A stretch of 64,000 bases of DNA from assembly GCA_030390025.1 (NCBI GenBank), contig CM059431.1, positions 152,088,001-152,152,000 of the forward strand, given 5' to 3'. Position numbers and translations under genes: made by a program. Under the pieces are notes generated by a model. The model did no database searches. It saw only the letters and a list, made by a program, of their open reading frames with translations, and was not told where the DNA came from. The stretch comes from Squalus acanthias (taxonomy: Eukaryota). This document shows positions 24,516-37,550 of this stretch, one piece after another (position 1 is the first letter of the stretch; every line of letters begins with the position of its first letter).

Positions 24516-26190
24516 ATGGCACGGCCAGTAATTATGCAGATATAGGAAATTTACTATCCTGTTCTCGCAGCATTTGGTATTCCCGGTAAATCCGTTTATT
24601 CTGTTGCTTAATAGCTGTTGACTATCTCACTGCTAATGATTATGTAACAGATTCCGAGAATAATCTCATTGCAGAGTCACTTATCCCAGCGAGCTGAATT
24701 GGGGAATATCAGCGGGATTCCGAACAGTCCACGCATTCTGGACATTCGATCCTGAGCATCGTGCGCTCAGGATTCCTACCTTTACTGTGGGAGGGCGAGG
24801 TTGATTCAACGGCCCCTCCAACATTATATTGTTCACTACAGAATGTGTTGCTTAGTGCCACATGGGAATCTTCTCATTTGTGCCTCTGTCCCCTGTCTAT
24901 TTTAAGTTGATAATTACTCGGACTGCAGCCACCTCCACCCAACAGGGGGCTTTGAAACAGATTTGGAGCAATTACTGCCGCTCGGCTGCAAAGAACCTCT
25001 GCGGTTCCACCATGTCTCGCTCTGTTCCCGAGTAGCTCCGCTCGCGGTGATTATAATTAGGAAAATCCCAGTTTATCGACGTAAATAGTATGTTTACATT
25101 TCAGCTGAATGTTATATTTGAATTCATATCTTTGCAGTAAATGCTGTAAAATTATGTTTAATATTTTTCGAGGACTGAAGGACCTATGCTGGAAGGACGC
25201 GGGATTTTCAGACCCTCTAGTGTTCAAATATTTCTTCTTTTTAAACATTATGCCGTCAACGCTCGCCGATGTATAAAAAGTATTAATGTGCATAACCCTA
25301 AATAGGGACACATCTGAACTTTCCCCCACTTTAAGCTTTAAGGTATAGATGGGTGTCACCGTGACATACTGGTCATGATCAACAATGTGATAGTGTATCA
25401 CACTTTTACATATCACTTTCCAGGTTCTTTCCTGTCCTACACTGTCGTTTGTAAGTTAATTGTGTACGTGAATTCTCTCGCACTAGATATGTCGGTGTGG
25501 CTGACAGACTTGTTCACATTTGACCGATTTGTAGCTATATGTTGTGAGACGTTTAAAACAAAGTATTGCACCGTGAAAACGGCTGTCGCTGTTGTAACAA
25601 CCGCCACTGCCCTCTTCTGTTTAAAGAACATCACCTTTTGGTTTGCATATGAACCTGAGCGAATAACTAACAATGTTCCCTGGGGATGTCGCTCCAGATT
25701 GGAGTTTTTTCTATCAGCTGCAGGTACAGCGTTCTCCTGGTTACAAAGTATTTTAATTCCATGTCTACCTTTTGCTTTGATATTACTGTTTAATTGTTTG
25801 ACCGTCAGACGTATTTTAGTGGCCAGTAGAGCCCGGAGGAGACTCCGGGATCACAGCAGTGAGAATCACAGCGATCCAGAGATGGCGAACCGAAGAAAAT
25901 CCATTATCTTACTGTTCAGTGTATCAGGTAGTTTTATAGTGTTGTGGCTAACAGCAGCCGTGAGTTTTTTAACTACCAGACTGACAAACATCGAGCATTA
26001 TCGAGGCGATGATGCAGCCCCTGCATATGTCGCCACAGAAATCGGATATCTGCTCATGTATTTGAGCTCCTGTACAAACACCTGCATTTATGCAGCGACC
26101 CAAATAAATTCAGGGAAGAGCTGAAGAAGGTGGTGACATCTCCTTGGGCATTGATTCTGACTTTGGTTAAATTAAATGTAAAATGAAACT
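24516..26190 (+). pseudogene. GPR139-like GPCR pseudogene, copy 3 (exon 1 24516-24585, exon 2 remnant ~25366-26190)
   Basis: Exon 1 reads MARPVIMQI*EIYYPVLAAFGIP with TAG at 24543-24545. The splice acceptor and start of exon 2 are deleted at ~25365. ORF 25375..26124 has FTFDRFVAICC and TM5-7. There is a frameshift at ~26105. Confidence 0.88.
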
Positions 26191-28011
26191 AAAGCTTCCT
26201 GTCCTAACTAGAGCTCAATTGCAGCCAGGGCTCCGCTTTAGAATGGCGCTCGATCTGCTCCCACGACAATGGATTGTTCTGTTTCAATAAACAGGTACCA
26301 GGAATTATTTTCTCCACTTTGTGCCGTGTGTTTGATGTCTGCTTCTTTCCCCGCGTGAACATAATCGATTTCTCCTAAAACAGCGCCCTTCCCGCTCAAG
26401 ATTCAAAGGGAACATTCATGATTGAGCTTCAGTAGTGGAGTGGAATATATGGACGTCAGCGTTAACTACTTCACACGACAGGTACTGGAATGACACGCTC
26501 AGTTGAATTAACAGATAAAGCTTTATCTAGTGTAGAAACAGTGAAGGGTTTTACAATACTGGTTATTTTAATTCTTCTGTAATCTTGCGGGCGCTGATCT
26601 CCCCATCAGACTCCGACCCCATTGTCTCCTGGACCAATACAATGAGGCCCTGTCTCCTGATCTGTGTCTAATGATGGAGACAGTAGGAACCTGACTCGTC
26701 AATGAGACATTACATATCTTTGTTCACAGATACTAACATAAAGTCTCAACTGGTCATCAATATGTTGGAATGTTATAACTGGGGAATTGAACATTCGACC
26801 CAACTAGTCGTTGCCGCCGTTCACCCTCCACCTGAGCAAAAGGTTCGAATCACGTTCCCGGCTCTGCCTCGAAATGTCTTGAACCTATTTTTATTCCTGG
26901 ATCTTCCCAAATTATTCTTGAATATTGGTATAATTTCTGCCTATGTGAATTCCACAGCCGGACGACTCTCAGTGCATGGAGATATTTCACTTACCCTCAA
27001 TTCTAAATCTCTTACATTTATTCTTTAATCTGTGGCCGTTAGTTTTTGATCCCTCAATTAATGGGAGTAGTCTGCTTGTGTCGATCCTATCTAGAAACAT
27101 AGGGACCAGGCAGGGAGCGATTCTAATCATAATACCCCGATCATTTGCTAGATGTCCAGAAGTGTCAGGGATGGTATTTTATGAGATGTTTCTTGCTGTA
27201 AGTTCTTGGGATATCACTTTGTGTGCAGAAGTGCCTTGTTGTATGTGAAGCATCCAGCACACGATATACATCAAGAATATGCCCTGAACAACGAGTGCAG
27301 GACAGAGTCGTTCACGCTGACCACATGGCAACAGGAAACGATTAATGTAACTCTGGAGAGTGAGGATACAGGTAAAAGCAATGGGTAGAGATCTGGGTCG
27401 AAGAATAGACCGAGATAGACGTATGATGCTGATGAGATATAGTTTAATATTGGCCGTGAATACTCTTACAGCCAAAAAGGTTCACTGTAAGCAAAACATT
27501 CATCAGACTGTCCTGACGTCTACTAATGTTGTACTCTATTGGTTACTCTTCATATAGTACTAATTCTAACAATAAGTCTTTACCTATTCAACGGGGAAGT
27601 AGACGTCAGCTTAAAGTACCACTGGGTTGTTGGGCCAGGATTGGCTGTGCAAGAATGTTAAGGTTCAGTGTGATGTAATAATGAGACTTGATTAAAGTCT
27701 GATTCATAAATTTCATTAATTAAGACCTTTAATCATTTGGTAACAGAGTGCGAAGGTATCAATTCAGCCATGGGAAGTATCTGGGCAAACATCAACATTT
27801 TGAATTGACAGCGACGATTCAGAAACAAAGATGTATTTATAATTCAAGACCTCAAGGGGGCTGGTATTCATTGCACGTCATGCTTCAGTTATGCAGATAT
27901 CTGGTCAGACCCCATCTGGAGTGCTTCATTCGGTATTGGGCACCGCACGGATATATTGGTCTTGAAGCAGGTGCAGAGTGTACAATCTCCATAAATATAA
28001 AAATCTAACAG

Positions 28012-28181
28012 AGGCACGGACCCCGCGTGGTTCGGAAGGTGAAGGGACTTGGATAAATAAATGGATGAAGATAGTCAGGTGTATAAAGCATCAATGCTTT
28101 CACAAGCAGAAACGGATTGAGAATGTTAACCCGCGCTTTTCGGCTTCCAAGACCGACGCCTTACCGTTTGACCACCGCGCC
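28012..28181 (-). tRNA. tRNA-Thr(CGT)-derived pseudogene split by an insertion in the T-loop
   Basis: The 5' part GGCGCGGTGGTCAAACGGTAAGGCGTCGGTCTTGGAAGCCGAAAAGCGCGGGTT spans 28181-28128 and the 3' part CGAACC..GTCCGTGCCT spans 28034-28012. They are separated by 93 nt. Confidence 0.7.
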
Positions 28182-28322
28182 ACCTATTTGCAAACCTGGC
28201 GAATCCGGTTGTTCCACTGCAGTTGTCAGATACAAAATGTCAAACATGTTTCAAGGTTAATATCGGAATGGACCTTCCAATATTCCGAGATGGAGTTCCG
28301 ACCAGTATATAAATGGATTCGC

Positions 28323-28778
28323 AGAATCATAGAGTCATAGAATGGTTACATCACAGAAGGAGATCATTCCGCCCGTCGAGCCCGTGCCGGCTTTCTGCAA
28401 GAGCACTTCAGCAAGTCCAGTCCCCCGCCCCCTTTCCCCGTAGCCTTGCAATTCTTTTTTATCCTTCAGGTACTTATCCAATTCGCTTTTTAAAGCCATG
28501 ATTAAGTCTGCCTCCACCATCCTTGCAGGCAGTGCATTCAAGAACCTAACCACTAGCTGCGTAAAAATCTGTTTCCTCATGTCGCCTTTGGTTCTTTTGC
28601 CTATCACCTTAAATCTGTGTCCTCTGGTTCTCGTCTCTTCCACCAACGGGAAAAGTTTCTCTCTATCTTCTCTGTCTAGACTCCTCATTATTTTGAACAA
28701 ATCTATCAAATCTTCTCTCAACCTTCCCTGCTCCAAGGAGAACAACTCCAGCTTCTCTCGTCTATCCACGTAACTCAA
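28323..28778 (-). mobile_element. CR1 3' fragment
   Basis: LELFSLEQGRLREDLIDLFKIM..RTRGHRFK, with a (ATAGA)-type tail at 28323-28342. Confidence 0.85.
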
Positions 28779-29169
28779 GTGAAAGTTCATTAAAATTTGG
28801 AAAGTTAATGGACTGGGATAAATAAATGGATGAGGATAGTTAGGTATATAAAGCATCAATGCTTTCACAACCAGCAACGACCTGGGAATGTTAACAGATC
28901 GAGATATAATAGTGTGGAATAATGTCAACGATTGGGAATGGCAATGGTTTACGAATTATCGATAGATTGGTAAATCAACCGCTGCCTTTATGTCTGACTG
29001 TACCTTTGCCTATGTCAGTTTGTCTGTCACTACTTCTGGCGTGTCACTTTGCACCTTCCGCCCGTCTGAGAGTCGGCTCAGTGGGCCAGAGCCAGAGCAT
29101 CAGATTCAGAACGTCGTGGGTTCATTTGTCAATGAGTAGCCCGATTGTCGTCCGTTTCTCATTAGCTCT

Positions 29170-29550
29170 ATCGGCTCTGGGTCAATAAGTCATGGTTTCA
29201 TATTCCTCTTCCGTGAGACCTGAGCGCGAAATCTAGGTCGTCACTCCCAGTGCAGTCCTGAGGGAGTGCTACAATGTCGGAGGTGCTGTCTTCTTTAGAG
29301 GTGGCAATTGCTTCCGCAGGTGGACATAAAAGATCCCATTGCACGATTTCGAAGAAAAGCAGTGAAGTGCTTCCCGGTGTCCTGGGCAATAGCTACCCCT
29401 CAACATCAATAAACAAGGAAAACAGGATTTACAGTTTGCTATTTGTGGAACTGTGCTGTGCGCAAATTGGCTGCCGCGTTTCCTTCATTGGCTGTGAAGC
29501 GTTTTGGGAGGTCCGGCGGTCATCAAAGGCGCTATATAAATGCAAGTATT
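29170..29550 (+). mobile_element. Deu-domain SINE (SacSINE/AmnSINE-like) with L2-type tail
   Basis: Core actcccagtgcagtcctgagggagtgctacaatgtcggaggtgc; tail ggcgctatataaatgcaagt. Confidence 0.7.
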
Positions 29551-30849
29551 CTGTCATCCGCTATCAGTCTCAGTCCCTATGTCTGATTTAAGGTCCAAGT
29601 TCGTTTGTCCCTTTCATATGTTATACTGATGCATTAGGTGCGACTATAGACTTGGGACTAATAGACAGGGGGTACTCCAAACGAGATTGACCATCTCTCT
29701 GTCTCTAATACCAGCAGATTTGAGAATAACAAAGAATATAAGAGATCGGGAAATATTTATGCCTCGCTCCTGTTTCAAACCACAAAATGAAGGAAATGCT
29801 ACCGCCGGGAAACCTAGTCCGGCAGATTTGTTAAATATCCAAAGTTTACACGGGGAGTTTAAGATTTTAGCTGTGATGGCGAGAGACAAGGACACAGGGC
29901 GATTAAGTGGCGCGGGCAAAATTGTGTCATTAAAGGTTGGAGTCTTAAAACCGCTACAGATACAGGTTCGAACCAGCGATCATCGAGTTTACAAGACGGA
30001 TGCCCGACAACTTGCCGACCAGGGCACATGTCAGGACTGGTTATGACAACTTGTGGGTAAAAAGAACAAAATAACAACTCATTTTAAACTTTTTAGCCTT
30101 CATAAGGAGGTTTCCAAATCCAAGATTTGCCAGTACAACCAAGATGGTTAAAGAAGCAGAATCATCTCAAATCTCCTAAAATTCAAATTCAAATCATTAG
30201 CGTTTTAAAAATTCAAACTGCCAATTTTAATGGGTGAAAGTCTCACGTCCGGAATTAGAAACCTTCCCATAATTTAAAATAATAAGCAGAATTTCAATGT
30301 GGCCAAAATGAATTTCGGGTTTTCACAATTTAATAGGTTAGTTCAACTCAATGTCTCCAGTGTAATTCAGAACAATATTTTATTAACTAACAACTATACA
30401 GAACAGATAAAATAATCAAAAAAGCGCATGCTTACAAAATCCCAGAAAATTACGTCATCTGTTTTCTTTTGTTCTCCAGGCGCCTTTCCAAATAACTGTA
30501 ACATAACTGAAGAAAAAGGTGGCTTTCACATTTAAAGAAAACCTTTAACATTTTTACACAAAAGGGAAAGAGGGTGGAACCACATTCAGGAGCACTGAAA
30601 CATTCACACAGGCTTTATAAAGAGACAGTACACTGAAATCTTGCAGAATCAGACAGATTCTTTCCCTTTCTCCTTCTATATTCCATCATAGACTACTTTA
30701 TCCTTTATCTCTCCAACCAATTTTTATGTTATAATGTTTGCTACTTAACCGCATTTCGAATAACAGTCAATTATATCCAAGACGAACTGGTTACCTTTCT
30801 GAGTCCTGTGAAATGTACACATGTAATCAATCTACAACTTGCTCTCTAT

Positions 30850-31345
30850 CTACCCCATCAGTTCCCCTTAATATCTTGAACGCTTTGATCAAATCTCCCC
30901 TTACCGTCTAAATTCCAGTGAATACCACCGTCGTTTGTTTAATCTCTGCTCGTAATTTAACCCATAGCTACTGGCAAATCTACGCTGCACTCCATCCAAG
31001 GCCAATATATCCTTCCTAAGGCATGGTCTAACGAGGGATTAGTCTAGCTGCAGAATAAATTCTACCATCTCGTATTCTAGCCCCATAGATATTAAGGCCA
31101 GCAATCCATTCGCCTGTTTGATTATTTCTGTATCTATCCATGACAATTTAATGATCTGTGTACATGGACACCCAAGTCTCTTTGGTCCGCCACTGTTTCT
31201 AGCTTTTCTCCATTTAGAAAGTATTCTTTTCTATTCTTTTATGTCCAAAGTGGATGAACTCACGTTTGCCTGTATTGAAATCCATTTGCCACATGTTTTG
31301 CCAATTTACTTAATCTAATATTATCTCTTTGTAATTGTGTGCTTC
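30850..31345 (-). mobile_element. Decayed CR1 fragment
   Basis: Reverse complement of CR1 RT C-terminal sequence. Confidence 0.6.
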
Positions 31346-32474
31346 CATTGATTTAAAATAAAAGTTAACTGAGGAAATCACCTAAAAAGTAATCTCACTG
31401 TGATGAGGACAAAGCGCACCCTGGCACTTGTGTGGCACCAATGTTACTTGCCACTCATCAATCTAGGCCTGAATGTCTGTGATGTCTAGAAGAGATTGAG
31501 CTCTACGTGGCGAGCACAATGGCTCCTCCACTGTTACGTCAGAGCACCCCAATCTTTTGTATCTGTTCTACTCCCACTATAAAATACAAAATGTATACAG
31601 CAGATACTTACAGATGTTCTTCATCCTGTAACCTGCAGCGTAGTTGTTCTCGTAAGATGCAGATGGCGGTAATAGTTCAACTCATGTCCCAGAGCTCGCT
31701 CGCAATTGTGTTCATGATGCATGAGGTTTCTTCTATACGATGGCTATGAACTCCTAGTGTTCAAAATAAAAAGCTGAAAGTTGAGGCCCTGGTGACTCGC
31801 GAAAAATGTTCGTTAAAAGACACATATTGTCTTTTTACATGAGTCGTAATGCATTTAGCCGTTGCTTCAGGTTCAATCCCTTTATTTCTTCAGTCAGCAT
31901 GCAAAGCACGTTACAAGCAAAGTGGATTAAACAGATACGAATACAGGAATGTAGAAATGCATTTCCAAGCACAAAATGTTGCTTTTTATTTGATTTTTGT
32001 TCCCCTAGTAAAATTGAATCTGCTTCTTCTCCCTTGATTGGATTCATTGTGTCACCTGACTTAACATGACTCTCCCTTCAGTAACTTTCCATTGCCACCA
32101 GACTGATCCAAGACCTCGGTTATCCTGCACGTAGCATTCCCTTATCTCGTCTGTCCTCATTCTTTCATCTGTCTGCTTTCTGTGTGAAAAGCAGCTGCAT
32201 TTTAAGAGCTCATTATCTTTCAAACGTTTACAACCGAAAGGCTTTCTTCTGGTAGGCTTCCAGGGTCCAGGTACAATGCTTTATTTCAATTAATTACGAC
32301 ACGCACACTCTCTCGCAATAAATACATATTCTCTATGCTAAACTAGTTTAAATTCCCACCTATTTTTTCTGCCAAGCTATTTTTTAACGTCTCAGTTACC
32401 TGATGCTTTTATTTTGTCTGCTCAGCTAACTGTTAGTTTCCCATCAAGCTCTCTGCCTCTTCCTTCTCCATGTT

Positions 32475-32980
32475 TCAAGAGAGAGTGCAGCGAAGGTTTG
32501 CCAGACAGATTCCTGGGATTGCAGGACTGTCGTATGAGGAGAGATTTGGTCGACTAGGTCTGTATTCACGAGAGTTTAGAAGAATGAGAGGGGTTCTCAT
32601 TGAAACGTTTACAATTCTTACAGGGACTGGATGCACGGGGGATGTTTCCCCTGGCTGGGGGTTTGAGAACGAGCGGTCACAATCTTAGGATACGGGGTAG
32701 GACATTTAGGACTGAGATGAGGTGAAATTTCTTCACTCAGTGGGTGATGAACCTATGGAATTCTCTACCACTGCAGGCTGTGGAGGCCAAGTCACTGAAT
32801 ATATATCAGAAGGAGATAGATAGATTTCTAGACAGAAAAGACATCAAGGGGTATGGGGAGAGAGCGGATATATGATATTGAGATAGCGGGTCAGCCATGA
32901 TCATATTGAATGGCGGAGTAGCTCGAAGGGCAGAATGGCCTACTGCTGCTCCTATTTTTCTATGTTTATATGTTTCCATG
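32475..32980 (+). mobile_element. CR1 3' fragment
   Basis: ERVQRRFARQIPGIAGLSYEERFGRLGLYS followed by a typical 3' tail. Confidence 0.85.
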
Positions 32981-33380
32981 TCCCGTGTACCAACAAAACT
33001 CCCCTACTCTTCTTGCAACATTACAATTGGGCTCGCTACAACTTTTCATCTGAGTGTCAGTATGGAATGTTTGTTCGGTCTCTGGGGCGGGCTTCAAACC
33101 GAGACATTATGACTCATGATTCTTGACAGATCGGAAGTGCCGGTTTTCAGCACACAGCTCGTACACACCCGTAGGCATCGGAAATTACGGGTCAATGTAT
33201 TCTTCCTTGTTATCTATGTTTATGGGTACTAATACGGACTGGCAAGCGTATTTTTTTTCCTTCTGATGTGCATTAAGTATATGTTCTCGAATTGGAGCGA
33301 AGTGATCTGTGTGAAGTTCCTGTACTTGCATGGTAGATATGAAATAATTGCGCCGCAGAAATTGAGGACTTTTCCGTTTA

Positions 33381-33815
33381 AGAACATAAGAACATAAGAA
33401 TTAGGAGCAGGAGTAGTCCATCGGGCCCCTCGAACCTGCTCCGCATTCAATAAATTCATGGCTGATCTTCGACCTTCACTTTCCCGCCCGATCCCCATCC
33501 CTTGATTCCTCTAGAGCCCAAAATGCTATCGATCTCAGCCTTGAATATACGCAACGACTCAGCATCTAGAGCCGTTTGGGGTAGAGAAATCTGGAAATTT
33601 AAAACCCTCTGAGTTAAGAAATTCCTCTTCATCTCTGTCTTAAATGGCCGACCCCTTATTCAGAGACTATGCTCCCTCATTCTACAGTCTTCAGCCAGGG
33701 GGAGCACCCTCTTAGCATCTACTCTGTCAATCCCCCTCATAATCGTATATGTTTTAATGAGATCACCTCTCATTCTTCTAAACTCCAAAGAGTTTCGGCC
33801 CAATCTACTCAATTT
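33381..33815 (-). mobile_element. CR1 3' fragment
   Basis: (AAGAACAT)n tail at 33380-33398 followed by the reverse-complement CR1 3' end. Confidence 0.8.
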
Positions 33816-35975
33816 CGTCTAAGTACGCGTTTTAACGGCGTGGTAAGTCTTAATTTAGCCAAACAATCTCTCTAGCTCTGAAAATTAACATTAACAATTG
33901 TGGAGTCTCATTCCTTCAGATTTTAATTGTTGGAGTTCTACTTTTACTTTTTCTTTCCGTCTATTGTTCTCTTTCTCTTCAGCCAATCTTTATTTCTAGT
34001 TGCTTGCCCTGTTGACACAGGCCCCAGATGCCTAGTAGAGGGCTCCACACCATGTACAACTCACACTTACAGCAACTAGCAGTGCAGAAGCTCATGGAAA
34101 TTAAATGGGCATGGGCAAGTCTCCTTCCTCCGCCGGCTACAGTAAATGCTGGCCCAAGAGGTAGTCCATTTAAGAGGGAAATTAGGAAGAAAGCTATTGA
34201 CAAACAATGGCAGTAGAAACATCGAATTCTCTGCTCCAAAATGCTGTGGCTGCTCGGAGAAAAGAAGCATTGAATACTGAGATAGATTTTTGTTAGGTAA
34301 TTTTATCAAGAGCTTTGGAGCTGAAGTGGATAAATGGAGCAAAGGTACAGATCTGCCACGATCTAATTCAATGGCGGAGCAGGCTCCATAGGCGGAATGG
34401 CCGAGAGCTGTTCATATGAATTATTTTAGACTGTGATTACTGTATCATTGTACATACGAAGAAACGAAAAGCTTTCGCAAAAAAATCCAGAAGTTTGTTC
34501 TGTAGTCCCCTTGTTTCAGCGATTTCGTAAACTAAGCGATAATTACTCCAACGCCCATTTCTCTCAAAACAGGCAATCGTTTATTCAGAGAGGTGTTAGC
34601 ATTTCGCTTGAAGCAGCGAACGTGGGGAAGCGTGCCGGCTTGTTTCATACCGTTGCTGACACAAAACGACTGGTGGAATCATCCAGCCGCGTTTCCTCTT
34701 CTTCACAGGGCAGAAAACTGTTTCCGTTAATGATTTTTTCTCTGAGATATTCCTCAATGCATTTCACTGCTGTGTTGTCCACTGCAGCGACGAACTTGTT
34801 GGCAAACAGGTGGTGCTGATGCTGCAGGATCCAGTGCAAGTCTCCAGCGCCGGAGACACACATACCGTGCCGGTGAATACCTGCGCAGGGCGAATAGCTG
34901 CCTCCCTCCTTCCCCACACGTTCCAGGACCTGCCATTTTATCAACCGCGGAACGACAGGGACATTTGGGGGACGGGAAGGGCCACTAAAGTGGCTAGAGC
35001 CGGTAACGCCAGGCATTCTGTGGATGGTGGCCCAAATGTGTTCATCCGGAATGTAGGTGTCTTCAGACCACTTTCAGAACCTTTGGATTTCGGGGCTCCT
35101 CAACACGTGGTTAACAAATTCCCTAGTAACCGCATAATACGCGTTTCCCGCGAAAACCGTGATATTTGTTAGTTGCTCTTTCAACTGACCAGTACTCCAT
35201 ACAACGCTGCCAACCCGATATCGGTACTGCCACCGTTTCTGAAAGTGACACAAAGAGGAAGGATTATCAGCATCAATCATTCGCTTTTAAAACTCACAGT
35301 AAATGTGCCTGCAACAGAACCGTTTCAATGAATTCGCATCTTGTCTCCACGCAGGGCGAACGGGAAATGTCTATTTATGATGATTTGAATGAATACTTCG
35401 GAGTAAGAAGTAAGGACAAAAGAGCCCAACCAGGAACCATTGCTTTATTATGTGGGAAAATAAATCGGTTTATGTTGTGAAACTCCACTCGCCATTAACG
35501 CATAATCATATTCATTATTGGCCCAGAAATTCGCCTCTCCGGCTTGCCGCGGGTTCAATGATGGCGCGCACACTTTCCTACCGCGTCTGCCGTTCTGCTT
35601 CTGGCCCACAAGAAATTAGGATTTTCTGAAGAGGACTCCCGGGCAGCGCCCAGGAGCGCACTGTGCGCGGAGCCTCCGGAGTGGAGGGTAGTGAAGACAC
35701 GCCCTCCGAAGTGGCATTTGCATAGGCCACGCCCCCGATTTTTTTCACATGCTGCAAACCTTTTTTACAAGCAGAACAGCATGGCAAGTTGACTCTTTGT
35801 ATTTTAATGAATGTTTAATGAATGTTTTGCTAACTTTTACAAACTTTTAAAGACTTTTACACGAATTGGAAGAATCTTAAACAGTTTTAAAGATGTTTGA
35901 AGTAATTTAAATAGTTTTCAAAGCCCTGAAAGCATTTTTTTCATTAATTTTATTTTATTTAATCAGCAAAGTGGA

Positions 35976-37411
35976 ATGGCTTTAATGAGCACAATTCGCA
36001 TCATTAAGAGAACTCACAATTTCAGTGACGATGATCTCAGCACATTCCTCAACGAGTTTGAGGCGAAGCGCCTGCGGATCATTGGGAATGAGAAGTCCAG
36101 GGCGCCGCGAAAAGAGCAGATGTTAGCTTGGTCTGAAGTTGCCCAGGCTGTCAGCGCGAACTCCACCATTCCACGGACAGCGGAACAATGCCGCAAGAAA
36201 TTCAGTGATTTATTGCGATCTGTCAATGTTTGTACAGTTATTACAAATGTAAACTGTAAAATGACTTTAAATTTAACGGAACCAGTTTTAAAAAGCTATG
36301 TGCATGTGTTTAGTCAAGTGACTTCATCATCCAGGCACATGAGCTTGCCATAAAATGTTATGGCTTTGGGGCCAGCTCATTGTGCTCTTATCTTGATCCC
36401 ACTGGTTTGAGTTGTAAAATTTCATTTATTGAGTGACAAAAAAAAACACTCTGCAAAGCAGGCTGTGTCCATGTTTCAAATGCAGGTGGGTGTAATCTGC
36501 AGAAAAAGCTGACGATTCATGATGTTTCATATTTTCTGTTTTCATTTTAGAATAAAACTGCTCACAACGCCATAGAACGTGCACTGACAGGCGGTGGTGT
36601 TGTCACGTTAAGGCCTTTATCCGAACATGAGGAAAGGGTCGAGCATCTGTTTGGATTTAGTCGCGGTTGCCCTTTGGCTGGTGTAGATATAGACATTGGT
36701 ATACATGAACGTGAGTTGCTCTGGCCAGCTATATGTTTAAAAATGTTAGATGTGTGTTGAATATCAGCTTCGGTGATGTGGCAGATCATGCCTTATCTTT
36801 GCAAATGTTTACTGTTTCCTTTCCACAGGTGCACAGCAGACTTCTCACACACGGGATGAGCAGTGCGTTGAGTCTGCAGCCGCAGAGGGCATTGGGAAAG
36901 GGGTTGCTGATGCAGTGGGAGCAGTGAGTGAGGTGGTGGTGGTGGAGGAGCAGGAGCAACTTGTGCTTTGTCATCTCGTGGAAGAGGAGGGTATGGAACC
37001 TGGGTTGCTGCAGAGTACCTCTGCATCTCCTGGCCCCTCTGGCTCCGTGCGAGCCAGACACCAGCTTGATACTGCTGAGCATGTGGGAGAAGCAGAAATA
37101 CATTCAACACAACAGAATGAGTTACAAGCTCAGATGCAGCATATTGAAGGGTTGAGGGAATCGATGTGTTCTCTTACTGAAAAGAAAGTTGACTCTCTTG
37201 CCTCGATCAGGAAGGCAATTGATTATATTGGCATGTCACTTAATCAAATAAATGAGTCTCTCGTTGGACTCTTGCATATGCTTAAACCACTTTCTGCTGC
37301 CATTACTTTGACTCCCGCAGAACCACCCTTACCTGCTCCCAGCGCAGAAACAGTGCGGGCCCAAGAGCCAGCTGCTCCTCCAGTTGTGATGCAAGCAAAC
37401 GTTGCCTTGCT

Positions 37412-37443
<32 letters not shown>

Positions 37444-37550
37444 CCTGTCAGGAGGCAATTGTTGAAGGGCAAGAGATGGCACACAGGGCCCTTTCAAGTC
37501 GCAGCTCAGGGCTCCGGTCACGGCGAGCGGGAAAGCGCAGGAGACAGTAG
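35976..37550 (+). CDS. Harbinger Myb/SANT-like DNA-binding protein, 3 exons (35976-36227, 36551-36710, 36829-37550), 377 aa, apparently intact
   Basis: NFSDDDL..WSEVAQAVSA..RTAEQCRKKFSDL trihelix; exon 2 NKTAHNAIERALTGGG..PLSEHEERV. The GT-AG introns are phase-compatible (0 and 1), giving 1134 nt with no internal stop. It has a Q10 tract and a basic C-terminus RSRRAGKRRRQ. Confidence 0.75.

Noticed and set aside
25375..26124. 249-aa ORF as a functional single-exon GPCR
   Set aside because: It lacks TM1 and most of TM2, the acceptor is deleted, exon 1 has a stop and the C-terminus is frameshifted.
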